Source: Lama guanicoe (Eukaryota). Taken from it: 64,000 nt of DNA. The notes below the pieces were generated by a model. The model had not been told where the DNA came from, made no database searches, and saw only the letters and a list, made by a program, of their open reading frames with translations. The stretch is from contig MU053482.1 in NCBI GenBank assembly GCA_013239625.1, forward strand, positions 3,743,922 to 3,807,921, read 5' to 3'. Position 1 is the first letter of the stretch. The number at the start of each line of letters is the position of its first letter. Positions 1-13,176 of this stretch are shown here, one piece after another. The translations under genes were made by a program, and so were the position numbers.

Positions 1-67
1 AAAGTCAAACATTCAGAATTACATTGAACATATACAAAACTACTTAGTTTCAAATATAAATTCTCAC

Positions 68-134
68 CATCAACATTTCTGGTTCGGTTTTCAAATTCAT
101 CTTGTAATTTGGAAATTAGGAGGCGTCTGAATGT
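68..134 (-). CDS. EIF4G2: EIF4G2 exon 7 (67 nt); gene continues beyond the left edge of the window
   Basis: AG/GT boundaries; encodes TFRRLLISKLQDEFENRTRNVD, in frame with the preceding exons (MIF4G domain). Confidence 0.96.
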
Positions 135-221
135 CTATTGGGAACAACAGACATTTGTTAGGGTTTGTTAAAGAAACTTTTCAAATCAACTTTGAATAAG
201 CAAGCAAACACTACCACTTAC

Positions 222-353
222 TGTGCTTTGCTTCTGTCCTGGTTGACCCTCTGCTGCTGGGCCATCAAAGTTTGGTGCATCTTCTGCCAATCGCAGACAT
301 AGCTGAGCATACAGTGAGCTATACTTTGGCTCTTCTAGGGCTTTGTCCACAAT
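222..353 (-). CDS. EIF4G2: EIF4G2 exon 6 (132 nt)
   Basis: AG/GT boundaries; IVDKALEEPKYSSLYAQLCLRLAEDAPNFDGPAAEGQPGQKQST. Confidence 0.97.
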
Positions 354-1048
354 CTACAGAAAAAGTCATTTTAAAAAACTAAATACGATGTTATAAAGAA
401 AGTTTTTCTCACAAGTTAATACTTCCGTGCAGCCTTAAGGATCTTAAATCTCAACAGATTTCCGTCAATCAGAGTATTGTAGACAAATTCTCTACACCTC
501 ATCTATAATTTGAGAACGCCTCTTATAGGACTTATTGTATAAACCAAATCAAATGAGGCATGTAAAATGCTTAGCACACAGCCTTCAAAGATACAAGTAC
601 TAAAATGTTAGCTGTTAAAGTACACCAGAAAGTCCAATTATATAGATCTCACACTAGTGAAACTCTCCTGCTTCAGGAATTGAAATTATCTAGGTATCAA
701 AACTATAAACAGATGCTGAATCATCCCAGAACTCATTTCCAAGACCAAATTATGGTGTTTTTCACAAAAGGAAAAGCAAACCAAAAAAACCCCCAATAAC
801 TTGTTGATACCCCAAGTAATCCTCTCAGCCCTCCAAGCACAGTATAAACAATTTTAAATTCACCTTAAATCTGATACCATTAAAAGTCAGTGGTTCCTTT
901 TTTTAAAAAAAGAAATCACTATCAGTCTTCAAATATACATACGTCTAACTTACATCTTAGTTTTACAAGTAACACAAATGTTAACAACAAAAATACCCAA
1001 TTTGGATTAAATATTTTCCTCTTTCAGTTTAGCCAACATTTAACTTAC

Positions 1049-1151
1049 CAGCAGTATGACCCCTTTAAGGATGAGCTTAGACTCTACACCCACATTGAGG
1101 AGCTCAAGGCATAGCTTGTCAAACTTTTCAGGAGTAAGCTTATTTAGTATG
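1049..1151 (-). CDS. EIF4G2: EIF4G2 exon 5 (103 nt)
   Basis: AG/GT boundaries; ILNKLTPEKFDKLCLELLNVGVESKLILKGVILL, start of the MIF4G domain. Confidence 0.97.
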
Positions 1152-1344
1152 CTGGGAAAAAAGGAATGAGACTGTCAGCCAACACACAGAGAATTATTAA
1201 GTTGAAAAATAGCTTTTAAATTATGTTCATTTTTCTCTTCCATCACCTCCCCCTTTAATATTAAGACGTATCTTCATACTCATCTAACCAAATGGATGTT
1301 GAAACAAACCTGTTATTTAAAATACAGTATCTACAAACTACTAG

Positions 1345-1490
1345 ATACAAACAAAAATGACCTACTGCATAACATAGGGAAATATAATAAATCATAATGG
1401 AGAATATGAAAAAGAAATCTTTATGTATAACCGAAATCACTCTACACAACATTGTAAATCAACTATACTTCAACAAAAAGTAAATAAAAT
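1345..1490 (+). mobile_element. L1 3'-end fragment (artiodactyl/camelid type) in an EIF4G2 intron
   Basis: Ends with acaacattgtaaatcaactatacttcaa plus an A-rich tail, like other L1 ends in this window. Confidence 0.7.
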
Positions 1491-1883
1491 TTATTTTCTA
1501 TCTAACTGGGGGGACCCCGAGCTGTAGGACAAGAAAATTTCCTTACATCCTCTAAACCCAGGACAAGAGCCTCCTTGTTATCAAGGCTAGATCCAGGAGC
1601 TAAGACCATTATGTTCTGGGCATCACTGGGTTACAAACCAGGCATAGGAGATAACAGCACAATAGGCTTGTGGCTTTTAACTCAATGACTGAAAGGAACT
1701 CTGAGCCCGAAGTACTGATGGGCTGCTTTTCAGTTTGAAACTGTCAACACTGGCATTCATTAAAATATGTACTTGGGGGATGAACATTACCTTCTAGCTA
1801 ACATAGCAAACAGACAAAAGAAGTACAGCTAATCCATTCTTCCCTCCTTCAAGACAAAGGACAAAACAGACCTAAAAACTTAC

Positions 1884-2024
1884 CCTCTTACTTTCCTGAA
1901 GATTGCATCATGTCGTTCTTTTTCATTTGCGGAGTTGTTTGCTGCGGAGTTGTCATCTCGTCTAGTGCTTCGTGCAGGAATCCATTTCTGAGCGTTTTGC
2001 CCTGGGGTTTTCCCCAGGAACTCG
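1884..2024 (-). CDS. EIF4G2: EIF4G2 exon 4 (141 nt)
   Basis: AG/GT boundaries; EFLGKTPGQNAQKWIPARSTRRDDNSAANNSANEKERHDAIFRKVR. Confidence 0.97.
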
Positions 2025-2167
2025 CTAGTAAAAGTTAAGAGAATTATAATTAAGACAACTTAAAACACAGCACCCAGTCACATATCAGTTGTCATACAGA
2101 TGAGAAATCCTTCAAAATAGAAAAGTTTAGGTTTTCTCAACTTCCCTTAAAACTAAGCAACTCACAA

Positions 2168-2345
2168 CACTGGTTCTCAAACAATAATGTGGATCAGAAT
2201 CACCTAAAGAGCTTGTTGAAAGACTGCTAGGCCCACTCCAGTTTTTGCTTTAGTGGGTCTGGTAAGGCCTGATAACTTGTATTTCTAGCAAGCTCTCAGG
2301 TGATGTCAATGTTGCCAATCCAGAAGCCACACCTTGAGAACCAAC
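2168..2345. mobile_element. MER5A-like hAT-Charlie MITE
   Basis: Termini cactggttctcaaa ... ttgagaacca; internal cagaatcacct and caggtgatg motifs. Confidence 0.75.
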
Positions 2346-2684
2346 ATTTTCCAATCTCTCATGACTATATTACATGCATACTGGGTTACTACTACAATTT
2401 AGCAAAGATAGTTAACAGTTAATTTCAGAAAACATAAGTGAAAATAGTCCAAAGAGTAAGAGGATAAACTAGCAGTTTGAGAGCCTCAACTCACATTAGG
2501 TGATTTTGCTAAGGAATAATCAAAAGCTGATATTCTAAATTTAGGATAAGCAGCAGCAACCATGCCAGTTAAGATGACAATTCCTGATATCCCATTGACA
2601 TAAACTACACGGTTATGCATTTGAAAGACTGTTAACCTAAATTTATTATTTATAAAAGTCATTCTTTTTACATGTTTACTATAC

Positions 2685-2750
2685 CTGTTGCCAGCAGTCT
2701 TGGGATAGTGCTGAGGTGCACCCCTACTTCCTCCTCCGCCCGAAGAAGCA
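2685..2750 (-). CDS. EIF4G2: EIF4G2 exon 3 (66 nt)
   Basis: AG/GT boundaries; ASSGGGGSRGAPQHYPKTAGN; phase 2 at both ends fits its neighbours. Confidence 0.97.
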
Positions 2751-3054
2751 CTATTTAAAAAAATAAAAAAAATTTTAAAAAGTATACCAAGAACACTTCA
2801 CTCAAAATGCATAAAAGCTCTCTGCACTTATTATTCTGCACTTTAGAAAGTACACCACAGATGAAGACTGAACTTGGGCCCCAAAGAAACCAATTAATGA
2901 AGACAGCGAAAATTTAAGGGCTTTTAAAAAAATGTACATGACACATTATAAATTAAGCTTGCAGTACATTAAGTCAGAATTACTTGGAGTGGTTATTGTT
3001 TTGATTTTGTGGTCAGTCTTTTCCTAACAGTTGCCAAAATAAATCTACACATAC

Positions 3055-3095
3055 CTGAAACGAGAAGCACCCCCTTCTGCAATCGCACTCTCCAC
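3055..3095 (-). CDS. EIF4G2: EIF4G2 coding part of exon 2 with non-AUG (GTG) start codon; whole exon is 3055-3181
   Basis: gccgccaaaGTGGAGAGTGCGATTGCAGAAGGGGGTGCTTCTCGTTTCAG|gt gives (M)ESAIAEGGASRF; GUG initiation of eIF4G2 is established; exon acceptor tctcattctag at 3182. Confidence 0.96.
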
Positions 3096-4555
3096 TTTGG
3101 CGGCTTGACAACGAAGAATCTTCAAAAGAATAATATTAATGGATGGGGTGGGGAGGGAAGGGGATGGGAGAAATGAAAAACCTAGAATGAGAAAGAGTAC
3201 CGAAATTAGACACTACTAACATACAAATCTACAAGCCCTCTTCAATTATAATTTATTTCAGAGCCTGACACTGCAGTTGATTTAACTTACACTGCATTGC
3301 AGATCTCATAAGACTGAAAGAGTGTACTCAAAACACAAATGGGCAGTAAAATTTTGTTTACCACCTGGAAATTCCCTTGTCTTAAAGAGCGCAAGAAGAG
3401 CCTCCACAGAAACTAAGAACATCTTAACTGCTGAGAACCAATCTTTGAAAAAGCCACATTCTGCTTCCTTCAAAACTGAACACTGAGACCAATACCAGAA
3501 AATCTAACTCTTATCAACACGGGCACATTCAGGGGGAACTGTTATAGTTTTTCATGCGTCCTTGACGAGCAAAAGCAACAGACTAAAGGCTAACCCAAGA
3601 CTGTTCCCCACGGTCCATTCCTCTAACCCAGCGCAGAGGGCATGCGGGAGGGCGACGGACCGGGTGCCCGGCGGCTGGCACTAGGCAGGCGGAAGACCAG
3701 GGCACAACATGGCAGCAGGAACCTCCGCCCCATTTTCCCCCTTCCTGAAAACAAAAGAGCAGTGGATTCCTCCCACCCAGGCCCGAGTTAGGGAAGTGCT
3801 TCCGACAGCCTCCCGCGAAGCCGCTGGGGGCAAGCCCCGGGAAGGAGCGGAGGCCGCCCCCGCCGGCCCAGCGCCCGGCTCTTTGTTCTCCGGGCAGGAA
3901 GGCGGCCTCCTTCCCACCCGCCGCCTCCAGCGGGCCCCCTCCCACCCATAAATCCCCGAGGGACTGACAGCTGTCTCGCCATGGCCTCCCCCACCGACAA
4001 AAGCATAGAAACCCTCGCCTTGTCTCCCCTCTCCCGTCCAGGCGAGGCCCGCCGGGCCAGGCCCTTCGCTCCCGAACCAAGAGCAGCCCGGCCGCTCCCG
4101 GCCGGCCCCGGGGCCTCACACACCTCCTCCCCGCCGGGAGGCCGGGCTCCGGCACTCCTCCGCCTCGGCTGGTCCCGCGCCAACGGCCGGGCCCTGCCCG
4201 CCGGCCCGCGTCCCTCCCGGCGGCGTGCGCGCGGCCGCACCACGCTCTCTCCCCGTCCGAGCACACACGCGCCCCGGCCGGCCCCGCGGGAGACGGCCGC
4301 CGACAGCCACGAAGACAGTCGGGGGCAGCCAGGGCTGCCGGTTTCCTTCTACTCCGTCACCAACGGGAAAGGAAAACAAAGGCGAAGAATTTCCAGGTGC
4401 CGAAGAGCGGAGGAAAAGCTAAAAAGGGGTCGCCCCGCCCGGCTCCGCCTGCGGCCGCCATTTTGTGCCGCTGGAGAAGAAGCGGCCAGGGACGGCGGCC
4501 ATTTTAGAGCGCTCCGATCGGCGACGGCGGCGGCGGCGGCAGTAGCTTCACTCAC

Positions 4556-4780
4556 CTTCACCGAGAACTCAGCAGCTGCCACAGCAGCTGCCTCCTCAGG
4601 ATCCGGTTGTCGGGGACGGGGAAGGGAGGGGAAAGGGGAACGGAAAACAAAAAAGGGGAGGGAAGGGGGAGGAAGGAGTCGGGACCGGCCTGAAACAGCT
4701 CAGAGGAGTCGCTGCTGCAGCCACCACCCGATACTCGCCGCCACCTCCATAGAGCTCCGACTCGCTGCTGGCGCTGAGGC
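4556..4780 (-). other. EIF4G2: EIF4G2 non-coding exon 1 (TSS approximate)
   Basis: Donor GGTGAAG|gtgagt at 4556/4555; lies in the CpG island; resembles the EIF4G2 5' leader as I recall it. Confidence 0.85.
4700..4750 (-). CDS. uORF in the EIF4G2 5' leader, 16 aa MEVAASIGWWLQQRLL*
   Basis: ATG at 4750 to TGA at 4700-4702, entirely within exon 1. Confidence 0.75.
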   Translation of the reverse strand: MEVAASIGWWLQQRLL

Positions 4781-7700
4781 GTGTCTGAAGCCGAACTTAT
4801 CACTCTAGGGCAGCCGAACCCACCAGAGCCACTCCGAATGGCTCCTTCGCTACCCAATCAGCAGCCTGGATGCTGTCCTCCACCAATCGGCGCAGGGCGG
4901 CGGGGAGGAGCCACAGGGCCAAGCTCGGTTGCGGCGCAGCCCCGCCGCAGTGCGCAAAGCCATATTCGCGAAGGCTCTGAGGATAAGTTAGTGGCGTAAG
5001 GGGTACTGAGCGCCGTGGAGATGTGAACCACTTGCGTAAAGTCGTGGAACTCTCTGAGTCTGCGTTGGTGTGGCTGCCTGGTCTTCCTCCTATCTCTTTG
5101 TTCGCAGAATCCGTACCCCAAGCTCGAGTTAAACGGGCCCCTTGCCCCTCTACCTCGTTTTCTCAACCGGAGTGTGGGAAGGAAACTCGCCTTTCTACCC
5201 GACCAATTTCCAATCCTTGCCGTATCAGAGCATTGATTTTCCTGGCGCCCTCAAGATTGTCCCTCCCAGGCTGGGCCTCCCTAGGATGGGCCTGTAGGGC
5301 TGAGGCCTGGCGCCCCCGGGCGCAGCACCGGGAATCGTTGGTCTCCAGCTGCTCGGCTTCGGCAGCCTTTGGGGAGGGGGGCGGATAGTAGAGTTCGGGA
5401 GACCAGACGGCGCACACGAAAGCGTTGAGCGAGATTCATTCAGCTCCGTATTTATTCCATCCCCTGCAGAGAATGAGAAAGGACTGAAGGGAAGGGGTTT
5501 ATTGTCTTTACTCCTCACTGGAGAAGCAGCTTTCCCCAAAGGAATGTTCGGCCAGCGGGCACGGAGGAATACCCAGAATATACCAGAATTCTTTAGAAGA
5601 CGTGTTTGCGGAGCGCGGGCGTTTGGAAGGTTTTAATTGCTAGCTCCTGATTTTTTTTTTAAACACATTGAAGACTGACAGTTGCATATTTCCATTTTAT
5701 GTAAGGTCCACCATAACAAATAGGATTAGGCTTTTCAAAGCCGGCAGAACTATTTATACTTCTCAGGTAGTATTTTAAGGGACAGATGCAGTAAAATGAA
5801 GCGTTCCGTCGTTTGCGAAATTTTAGCTAAACAAAAATGGAGTCATATTTCCATATACATAAACAACAGAAAATTTCCCATTTTCATTTTGAGCACAATT
5901 TTTGATACAATGTGTAATGAAAAGCAAACTGTGTATGCGTGTGTTTTAACATGCATGTCTTTTAAAGAAAGTGTCCGATAAAGGGCAGGATTTTGAAAGT
6001 CCCACACTTACATTTGACATGTCAAAACAGCTCTTGGGGTTGAAAGCACCTAGTCCTTAATACAATTTTCAAGCGAGGTGCCAGTTTTTCCTAGGACGTT
6101 TAAACCTGATCATAGAAGGGTGTGGTGGGGCCCTGAAGGTTTCTAACCCAATTCCAACATCTTTAGATCTTTTCCCTATATTAGGCTGATCATGCCCCTT
6201 CGTTATTATATTTTGCTACAATTATCGCTGTTAAGTCAATTTTACTTGAACTTTAACAACTGGAAAAGATATTTTCACCCTTGGAGTTAGCTACATGTTA
6301 AACAAAAAAAGAAGGAAACTATTTTTGGGAAAGATGCAAATTGTGTTTCAAATACAAGTCTCCACTTTGTAATTTTAGGACACTTCTAGCTTCAAAATGA
6401 CACCTGAATAATATTTTAAAATAATTTCTGTAGGCCTTCATAGTTTGCAAAAATGCTTTCATATATGTGATATTTTATTTTTACATAATTGCTTTATTTA
6501 CATTCTTTATGACTGATATACATTAATCTGATAGAAAGACTAGTGTTCAAAAACACTATTTTAGTCTAGATCAAAGAGAGTATTTACTGAGCCCTAAAAC
6601 CTGGATGGTCTTCTAATTGAGAAACTTGAAATTCAATAATTGAGAATAAAGAAGTTTTTCTTAATCTTTCATTTAATCTTGGCTAATTACGAACCCCTTT
6701 GCTATGGGGCTTTGCAGGTATGAGTGTATGTGAAAAACTGGGCTAGGAGAAGTCAAGCGGAAATATGGATAAAGCACAATCTTTACATTACCTTTCAATC
6801 AGTGGGAAACATAGATATTCACATTTTGTAATATTTCCATCACATCATGGATGTGTGAAAATTCAAGTCATCTGGAATTTAGCTTTTAGTTTATAGAAAA
6901 TTGAATTTTAAATACACCCACTTCAATCTGCTAGTTTTAACACTTCCATTTTTTTGTCAGTTTTCTAAAGATTGGAAAACTCTTAGAGTCCTGACTGACT
7001 CGTTAACTTATATATATTTGCATAATTTTCATTAATCATGTAAAATGCTAGTTATTACTCTAGCATGCAACTGAAGTATCTACTATTCTCTCTGTGCTTA
7101 AGGTTTTCCTAATCACATCTCCAGCTCAAATCTCTTACTAACTTCAGTTCTGAGTTTCCAACAGCCTATTTATCAGAGATGTAGACTTGCAGCCATATTT
7201 AGTTTAGGCTGCACAGATATGTTAAATATCTGAATTAGTCGACATTGAAAGTTTAGGAGATTTTTACATACAAATCCCCATTTCTATCATTTATGAAAAA
7301 TCTTAAAATATGACAATACTGGGTCTAAAATTCCAATAGGGCAACATTCAAGTATAGCTGAGTAGTGACTACCTCATATAGATGTTTTCTTTTCATTTCA
7401 CCACAGTGAAATCTGACTTGATTCACTCATTTATGTTCCCTTTTTTTTTTAAAATATTTGTTCAAATTCAATACACTCAGTATGTAACTGATGATTTTCC
7501 TTTTAAAAGGAAAAGGAGCAGACCAGTTAGTTCAGATATCTTCTCTACCACTTACTGTGTAACTTCGGGCAAGTTTGCCAGCTTTCTTCTTAGTTCTGAA
7601 TCAGTAAAATGGGAATAAGTATATTTACAGAGTTGTAAAGATTAAATGGGATAATAAACGTAACACATAGCATAGTCCCTGGTGTAGTAATTACTTAATG

Positions 7701-7786
7701 TCAGTTACCATATTATCAATAATATTGATTAGCCAACTGTTTCACAATTTCCTTAGTTTTGCAAAGGATCCCACTATTCTCCTTCT

Positions 7787-7787
<1 letters not shown>

Positions 7788-7823
<36 letters not shown>

Positions 7824-7885
7824 GAGGCACTGGGGATTGAACCCAGGACATCACGCATGTTAAGTGTGCGCCATACCCCCACCCC
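7788..7885 (-). mobile_element. tRNA-Ala-derived SINE (Vic-1-like), internally deleted
   Basis: Poly-T followed by ggggattgaacccaggac (B box on the minus strand). Confidence 0.75.
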
Positions 7886-8189
7886 ATTCTTCTGTACTAG
7901 AAACTTTGTATTTCCTCTTTCCTTTTGATCAGGTTTAACATTCAATTAATTACTGAATACTAGTGTTACTTCCCTCTAAATCATCTTCCTACATTCATTG
8001 TATTTCCTATAGTGTCACTGGATGCATGCTAATGTATGCCTTAGTAAATTTTTCTCCTGAATTACTGAAAAATTTCAGTTGTTCTCCTAGTCTTTCAACT
8101 CTGTAAACTCTTAACTAGTCTTCCTTAAACCACTTTTTCTCCCAACATATTACTATGATGCTTTAAAGAGTCTTAGTTCTTCACTGTCT

Positions 8190-8372
8190 TCTAGTTTGAT
8201 CTCAACCCTGGGTACACAGTGGAATCATCTGAGGGACCTTCTGAAACTCACAGTGTCCAGGCTGCATCCAGGACCAGATAAATCTGAATCTCTCAGAGTT
8301 GGATCCAGATATCAGCAGCTTTTAAGGCTCTCTAAGTGACTAATGTGCAGTCAAGATTTGAGAAACACTGTA
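8190..8372. mobile_element. MER5-family hAT MITE
   Basis: tctcaaccctgg...gaatcatctgag...aatctgaatctct...tttgagaaacactg. Confidence 0.65.
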
Positions 8373-9554
8373 GCAGGTCAGAGTATTATGGAAAATGATA
8401 ACATTTACAGCTGAAGAAAACCCTAGGAAAAGGAAACTGAGCTCTAGAAACAATAAAGGACTTTCCCCAAGGAGGGGAACAGACATCAGAACCCAGGGTT
8501 CCCAATTCATATGCCTTTGCCTGGCTTTCAAACCCTTCATACTCTGGCTCTACCCTACCTCTTCTATGGGCCTTGTTTTTCACCACTCCCAGATACCCAG
8601 TCTTCTCTCATAAAGCCAGTTAGGCTGGCATCGCTGCCTCAAAAAATTCATTCCCATTAATGCTCCATTGCTTGCAATTTTGAGGCCATTCTCATTTATC
8701 CCCTTTACTGAGTCATTCCTGAAGCACAGACAAGAATATTTAAATACCCTGCTCAAAAACCTCAGTAGATTTCCCCTAACAGAATAACGTCCGGATCCCC
8801 TAGTTTGGCATAAAAGGCCTGTGGTAATCTGGTTTCAGACTACTTCCCTATTCCTGGATGTATCCCTCCTTCATTTTTCATTACTCATAACCTAGTTTTA
8901 TGGTACTTAAATTTTGCTCCATTATAACACCCATGTTCTATATTATACGACAAAATTTGGTGGTCTTATTCTATTTGGCAGGAAGAAGTAAGGCTGATGA
9001 GTTAATCTACTAATGGCTAGGCAAGGAGTTTGGGCTTAATCTCTGTCTTCAAAGAGTTCACAATCCAGACAAAGAAAAGATACATACAAGGGCAGGAAAG
9101 GGTAGAATCAATGCTAAACTGAACAACCAAGGAAGAATGCTATGAGGTTTCATAAAGGGAATAATAGGGGCTGAAGCTGGGCCATCCCTCCTTGAATGCC
9201 AAAATGATGATTTGGGACTGACTACACAGGCATAGAAAGTTCTTGAGCTGATAGTAACTCTAGTTAGTTTTGGTCTAAAGCTGATCAGTTTTAATTGATC
9301 AGAGTGCTGTTATAGAAAAATTAACTTTGTGGTTTATATAGAATGTTTTGAAGGACAAACCTAGAGATAGGAGATCAGTTAGAAGGCTAGGTACTGTATT
9401 ATTTTTATGGGGCTTATTTTTATCTCCCTCCAAAATCTTAAGGTCCTTGAGATGGGGAAAACTTCTCTTGAATTTCCAACAGAGTTTTCTGCACACATTT
9501 GGAGCTGAGAAAATATTTATGCATATTATCTTTTTGACATTTATTCATTCATTT

Positions 9555-10820
9555 TTCTCTTGGCTTCCATAACTTTATACTTTCCAGGATTTCCTCCTAC
9601 CTCATTGGCTCCTTCACCAATTCAGCTGTTTTTCCTAGCTTCTCCTCCTCTGCTTGACCTCTAAATACTGAAGTACCTAATAATTTATTCTGGGCCTTCT
9701 TGTCTTTCCTCTGAATATTTTCCCCCTACGTAATTCATCTGCCCTATGACTTTAAATACAATTTATATGATGATGATTTCCAAATTTATATCACCAGCTC
9801 TGATTCACCCCCCCCATGCAAGTGATAGATATATATCAAGTTGCCTACTGAAATTTCTCCTTGGATATATAATAGGCATTTTGAATTTAACATGTTCTGA
9901 ATAGTTTTTCCTCCATTGTTCACCATCTGTCAGTTGCTAAGGCCAAAAACTTATAAATCATTCTTAATTTCTCTCTGTCTCTTATCTCATAGCCGATTCA
10001 TCAGAAGTTCTGTTGGCTCTGTCTCCAAAATATCTTAGATTAGTCCACTTCTTTGGATCTACATTGCTGTCACCTGAATCTCACCAACATTATCTCTAGC
10101 CTAGATTACTATAATAGCCTCCTAACTGGTCTCTCAACTTCCTTTTGCTCTCCAATACATTTTCTACCCAGAAGCCTGTCATCTTTTAAAAATGTAAATC
10201 AGATAACACCACTCTCGTGCTTAAAACCCTTGATTACGAATGTACATTATATCCACAGTAAAATCCAAACTTCTCATTGTGGCCTGCATAGCCTTCCATG
10301 ATCCACCCTTGACAATCTATCTGAACTCAACTCCGACCATATTCCTCCTTGACCTCTACACTTCAGTCACATGGGCCTTTTTTTCCTGTTCTTCAAATAT
10401 ATCCAGCTCATGCAGTTTTCTATTCCTCAAACATGCAAAGGCTATGGCTATTTATTTTTCAAGTTCCACTGCCCCCAAAGTTCTTATTCCAGTTTTCTAC
10501 ATGGCTGGCTCTTTCTCAAAATTTAGGTCTTAGCTTTGTGAGCTTATGGTCACCTTTTTGACCTTCCCTGACCACTGTATGTAATGTTTCATTTTCCAGG
10601 CACCCTATCACATTACTCCACTTTTTTTTTTCACTGTCCTTATCACTATCTGAAATGATTTTTTACATTCTTTCTTGTGTATTGTCTGCTTACCACATTA
10701 CGATATAAGCTCAATGACAGCAGGAACCTTGTCTGTCATGTTCACTGTGATATCCCTTAGATACAGTGCTTAGAATAGTTCCTAGCATATAGCAGGCATC
10801 AATAAATATTTACTGAATAC
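9555..10820 (+). mobile_element. L2 LINE 3' fragment
   Basis: Typical L2 pyrimidine-rich motifs (atagcctcctaactggtctc, aaatccaaact) and 3' end caataaatatttactgaat. Confidence 0.8.
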
Positions 10821-11035
10821 ATTCTCTCATTTGAGTCTCAGCACAAGTCATGTGGGGTAAGTAGGGAAGTTATCATTTCCCCCAATTTTACAGATAGGGA
10901 AATTAAAAGAGGTAACTTTTCCAAAATACTTCAGTTAGTGTGTGGCAGAATCTCCTACTTTTGCAAGTGCACCGAGCTCTCTCCTGTAGCAACATGAGTA
11001 ACCATAATAGAGATATTCCTTTTTAAAATCACTTT

Positions 11036-11472
11036 TGCATTAGTTTCTTGTGGCTGCCATAACAAATGTCACAAAGTAGGGGGCTTAAAACAACAGAAAT
11101 TAATTTTCTTACAGTTCTGGAGGTCTGAAGTCCAAAGTCAAGGTGTTGGCAGGGCCATATTTCTTTCGGAGGCTCAGGAGGAGAATCCATCTCTTACTTC
11201 TTCCAGCTTCTGGTGGCTGTTGGCATTCCTTGGTTTGTGGCTACATCTCTCTCTGCTCTGTCTTCACATTGCCTTTTCCTCCATGTGCGTGTGTCACGAA
11301 ACTCCTTCTGACTCTCCGAGGATGCTAGTGATTGCACTGATAATTCAGGATAAACTCCTTCTCTTGAGATCCTTAACCTAATTATATCTTTTGCTATATA
11401 AAATAATATTCACAAGTTTCAGGGATTAGGGCATGAATATATCTTTTGGGGGCCACCATTCAGCCCACTTCA
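11036..11472 (-). mobile_element. MLT1 (ERVL-MaLR) solo LTR
   Basis: tgcattagtttcttgtggctgccataacaaat...cttaaaacaacagaaat...ggccaccattcagcccact. Confidence 0.85.
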
Positions 11473-12746
11473 CTGCTCATAGCATTTTAGTGCAGAGCTG
11501 AATTCTTGGAACTCTATTTCACAGGCCAGTCTTTACTTGGATCATCATTTATTCATTTAATAAATATTTAGCGACCACCTAATACATGCTGTGTACAGTA
11601 GTAGAAATTGGGTATACATTGATAAACAATTGTAAGCACTTTATGCTTTGGGTAAGAAAGGGTCTATTAACAATTACATTGGGACAGCAAGCATAAACCA
11701 GGACTATACCAGGTAAACCAGCAGGTTGATCATCTCACTTATGATGCAGATTGTTAGGCCAACGGAATGAAATAAATAAAGATCCTGCCTGTTAGGATTT
11801 TCCCTTTGCCATTTGTTTTCCAAGTCAAACATAGTGTTGAGTTGATGAAGCTCAAGGACAGACAGCAGCAGGACTGAGGTGCTCTCATTGAACTTCATCA
11901 GCATGGACACCTCTTATACTTTTGGGTGCCAACTTGTAAGCTAAACGTGGGAGGCCCATTTCAGGGCAAATTTTTCTGTATTAGAAAGGCCAGAGACACA
12001 CTTGGGCCTTAAGGAGAGGATAACTGATGCTTTCAGTCCAATGTACTTCATTATTTTAGAAAAACTAAAGTTAGAGAATGGGTAATGTTTAGTAGTGCAA
12101 GAAACACTACTGAAAAGTGATCAAGATTACTAATAGCAACTTAGAGGACATAGTCCTTATGTACAATTCCTAGTATTGTACATACAATATCCTATAAAGC
12201 ATATATGAATGCAAGTTACTAAGAATGTTATTATAGGGATAATACTGCATACATTCTAATTTATTAAATAAGAAAATAATTTGCAAACTTTGGTAATTTA
12301 CAATTTTTATTAGTTACAACTAAATATGACCAAACAATGCAGTTGAAAAACCATTGTTCTGGAAAATGCAAATTATTGAACTGAAATAGACACTTCAGTG
12401 CAATAAGCCAAGTATTGAATCATGTTTTGGAGGGTAGAAAGTACACATGTCCAGAGCATAGATTATATACATTGATAATAATTTATAAAGTGCTCAAGTT
12501 TACACTTTAAACAATGCTTTCATTGAAGGAGAAATATTCTTATTTCCATTTCACAAATGAGGAAACTAAGATTTGAGGAAGCCAACTGACTTGTGCATCT
12601 CTACTTTTTTTAAACCTTTATTCCAGGGGTTTTCCTTTACTTTTACTTTATCTCTTAATAGAGTGTTCAGAGTTTAGATAATGTATAGTACTTGTTTAAT
12701 GCCACTAAACGATTTACCTGAGTCTGAATAATATAATCAAAGCAGG

Positions 12747-13176
12747 TGTGATGATTAATTTTTCACTTTATATTGCCAAGGCTACAGTGCCCAGATATCC
12801 GGCTGAAGATTCTGGATGTTTCTGTGAAGGTGTTTTTTAGACGAGATTCACATTTAAATTGGTGGACTCTGAGTAAAACAGATAATTCTCCATTAATGTG
12901 GGTAGGCTTCATCCAACCAGTTGAAAGTCTTAATAGAACAAAGACTGATCTTGAAACTAGAAGGAATTCTGCCAGAAGACTGCCTTTGGACTCCAACTGT
13001 AACTCTTCCTGAGTCTCCAGCCTGCCAGCCTACCCCATTCAATTCTGGACTCACCAAGCCTCCCAAGCTGCAGGAGCCAGTTCCTTAAAATAAATCTGTG
13101 TGTGTGTGTGCGTGTGCGTGTGCGTGTGCGTGTGCGTGTGTGTGTTGATTCTGTTTCTCTGGGGAACCCTAATACA
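12747..13176 (+). mobile_element. MLT2-type ERVL solo LTR with near-perfect 5-bp TSD (gcagg/gcagc) and an internal TG/CG microsatellite
   Basis: TGTGATGATTAATTTT start, ...tctgtttctctggggaaccctaataCA end; TSD at 12742-12746 and 13177-13181. Confidence 0.85.

Larger units (their letters stand above)
3640..5620. promoter_or_regulatory. CpG island / EIF4G2 promoter with two CCAAT boxes (4854-4858, 4883-4887), GC box near 4895-4911 and YY1-type sites (4454-4465, 4495-4505)
   Basis: High GC and CpG density; motifs read directly from the sequence; GCCGCCATTTTG matches the YY1 consensus. Confidence 0.85.

Noticed and set aside
1..4555. Intronic snoRNA (SNORD97 is hosted by EIF4G2)
   Set aside because: No convincing C/D box pair with terminal stem in the introns shown; it probably lies in a later intron outside the window
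3583..5539. Many ORFs of 60-275 aa on both strands over the EIF4G2 promoter (e.g. 3981-4808)
   Set aside because: GC-rich CpG-island sequence is depleted of stop codons; products are low-complexity Arg/Pro/Gly/Ala with no recognisable domain
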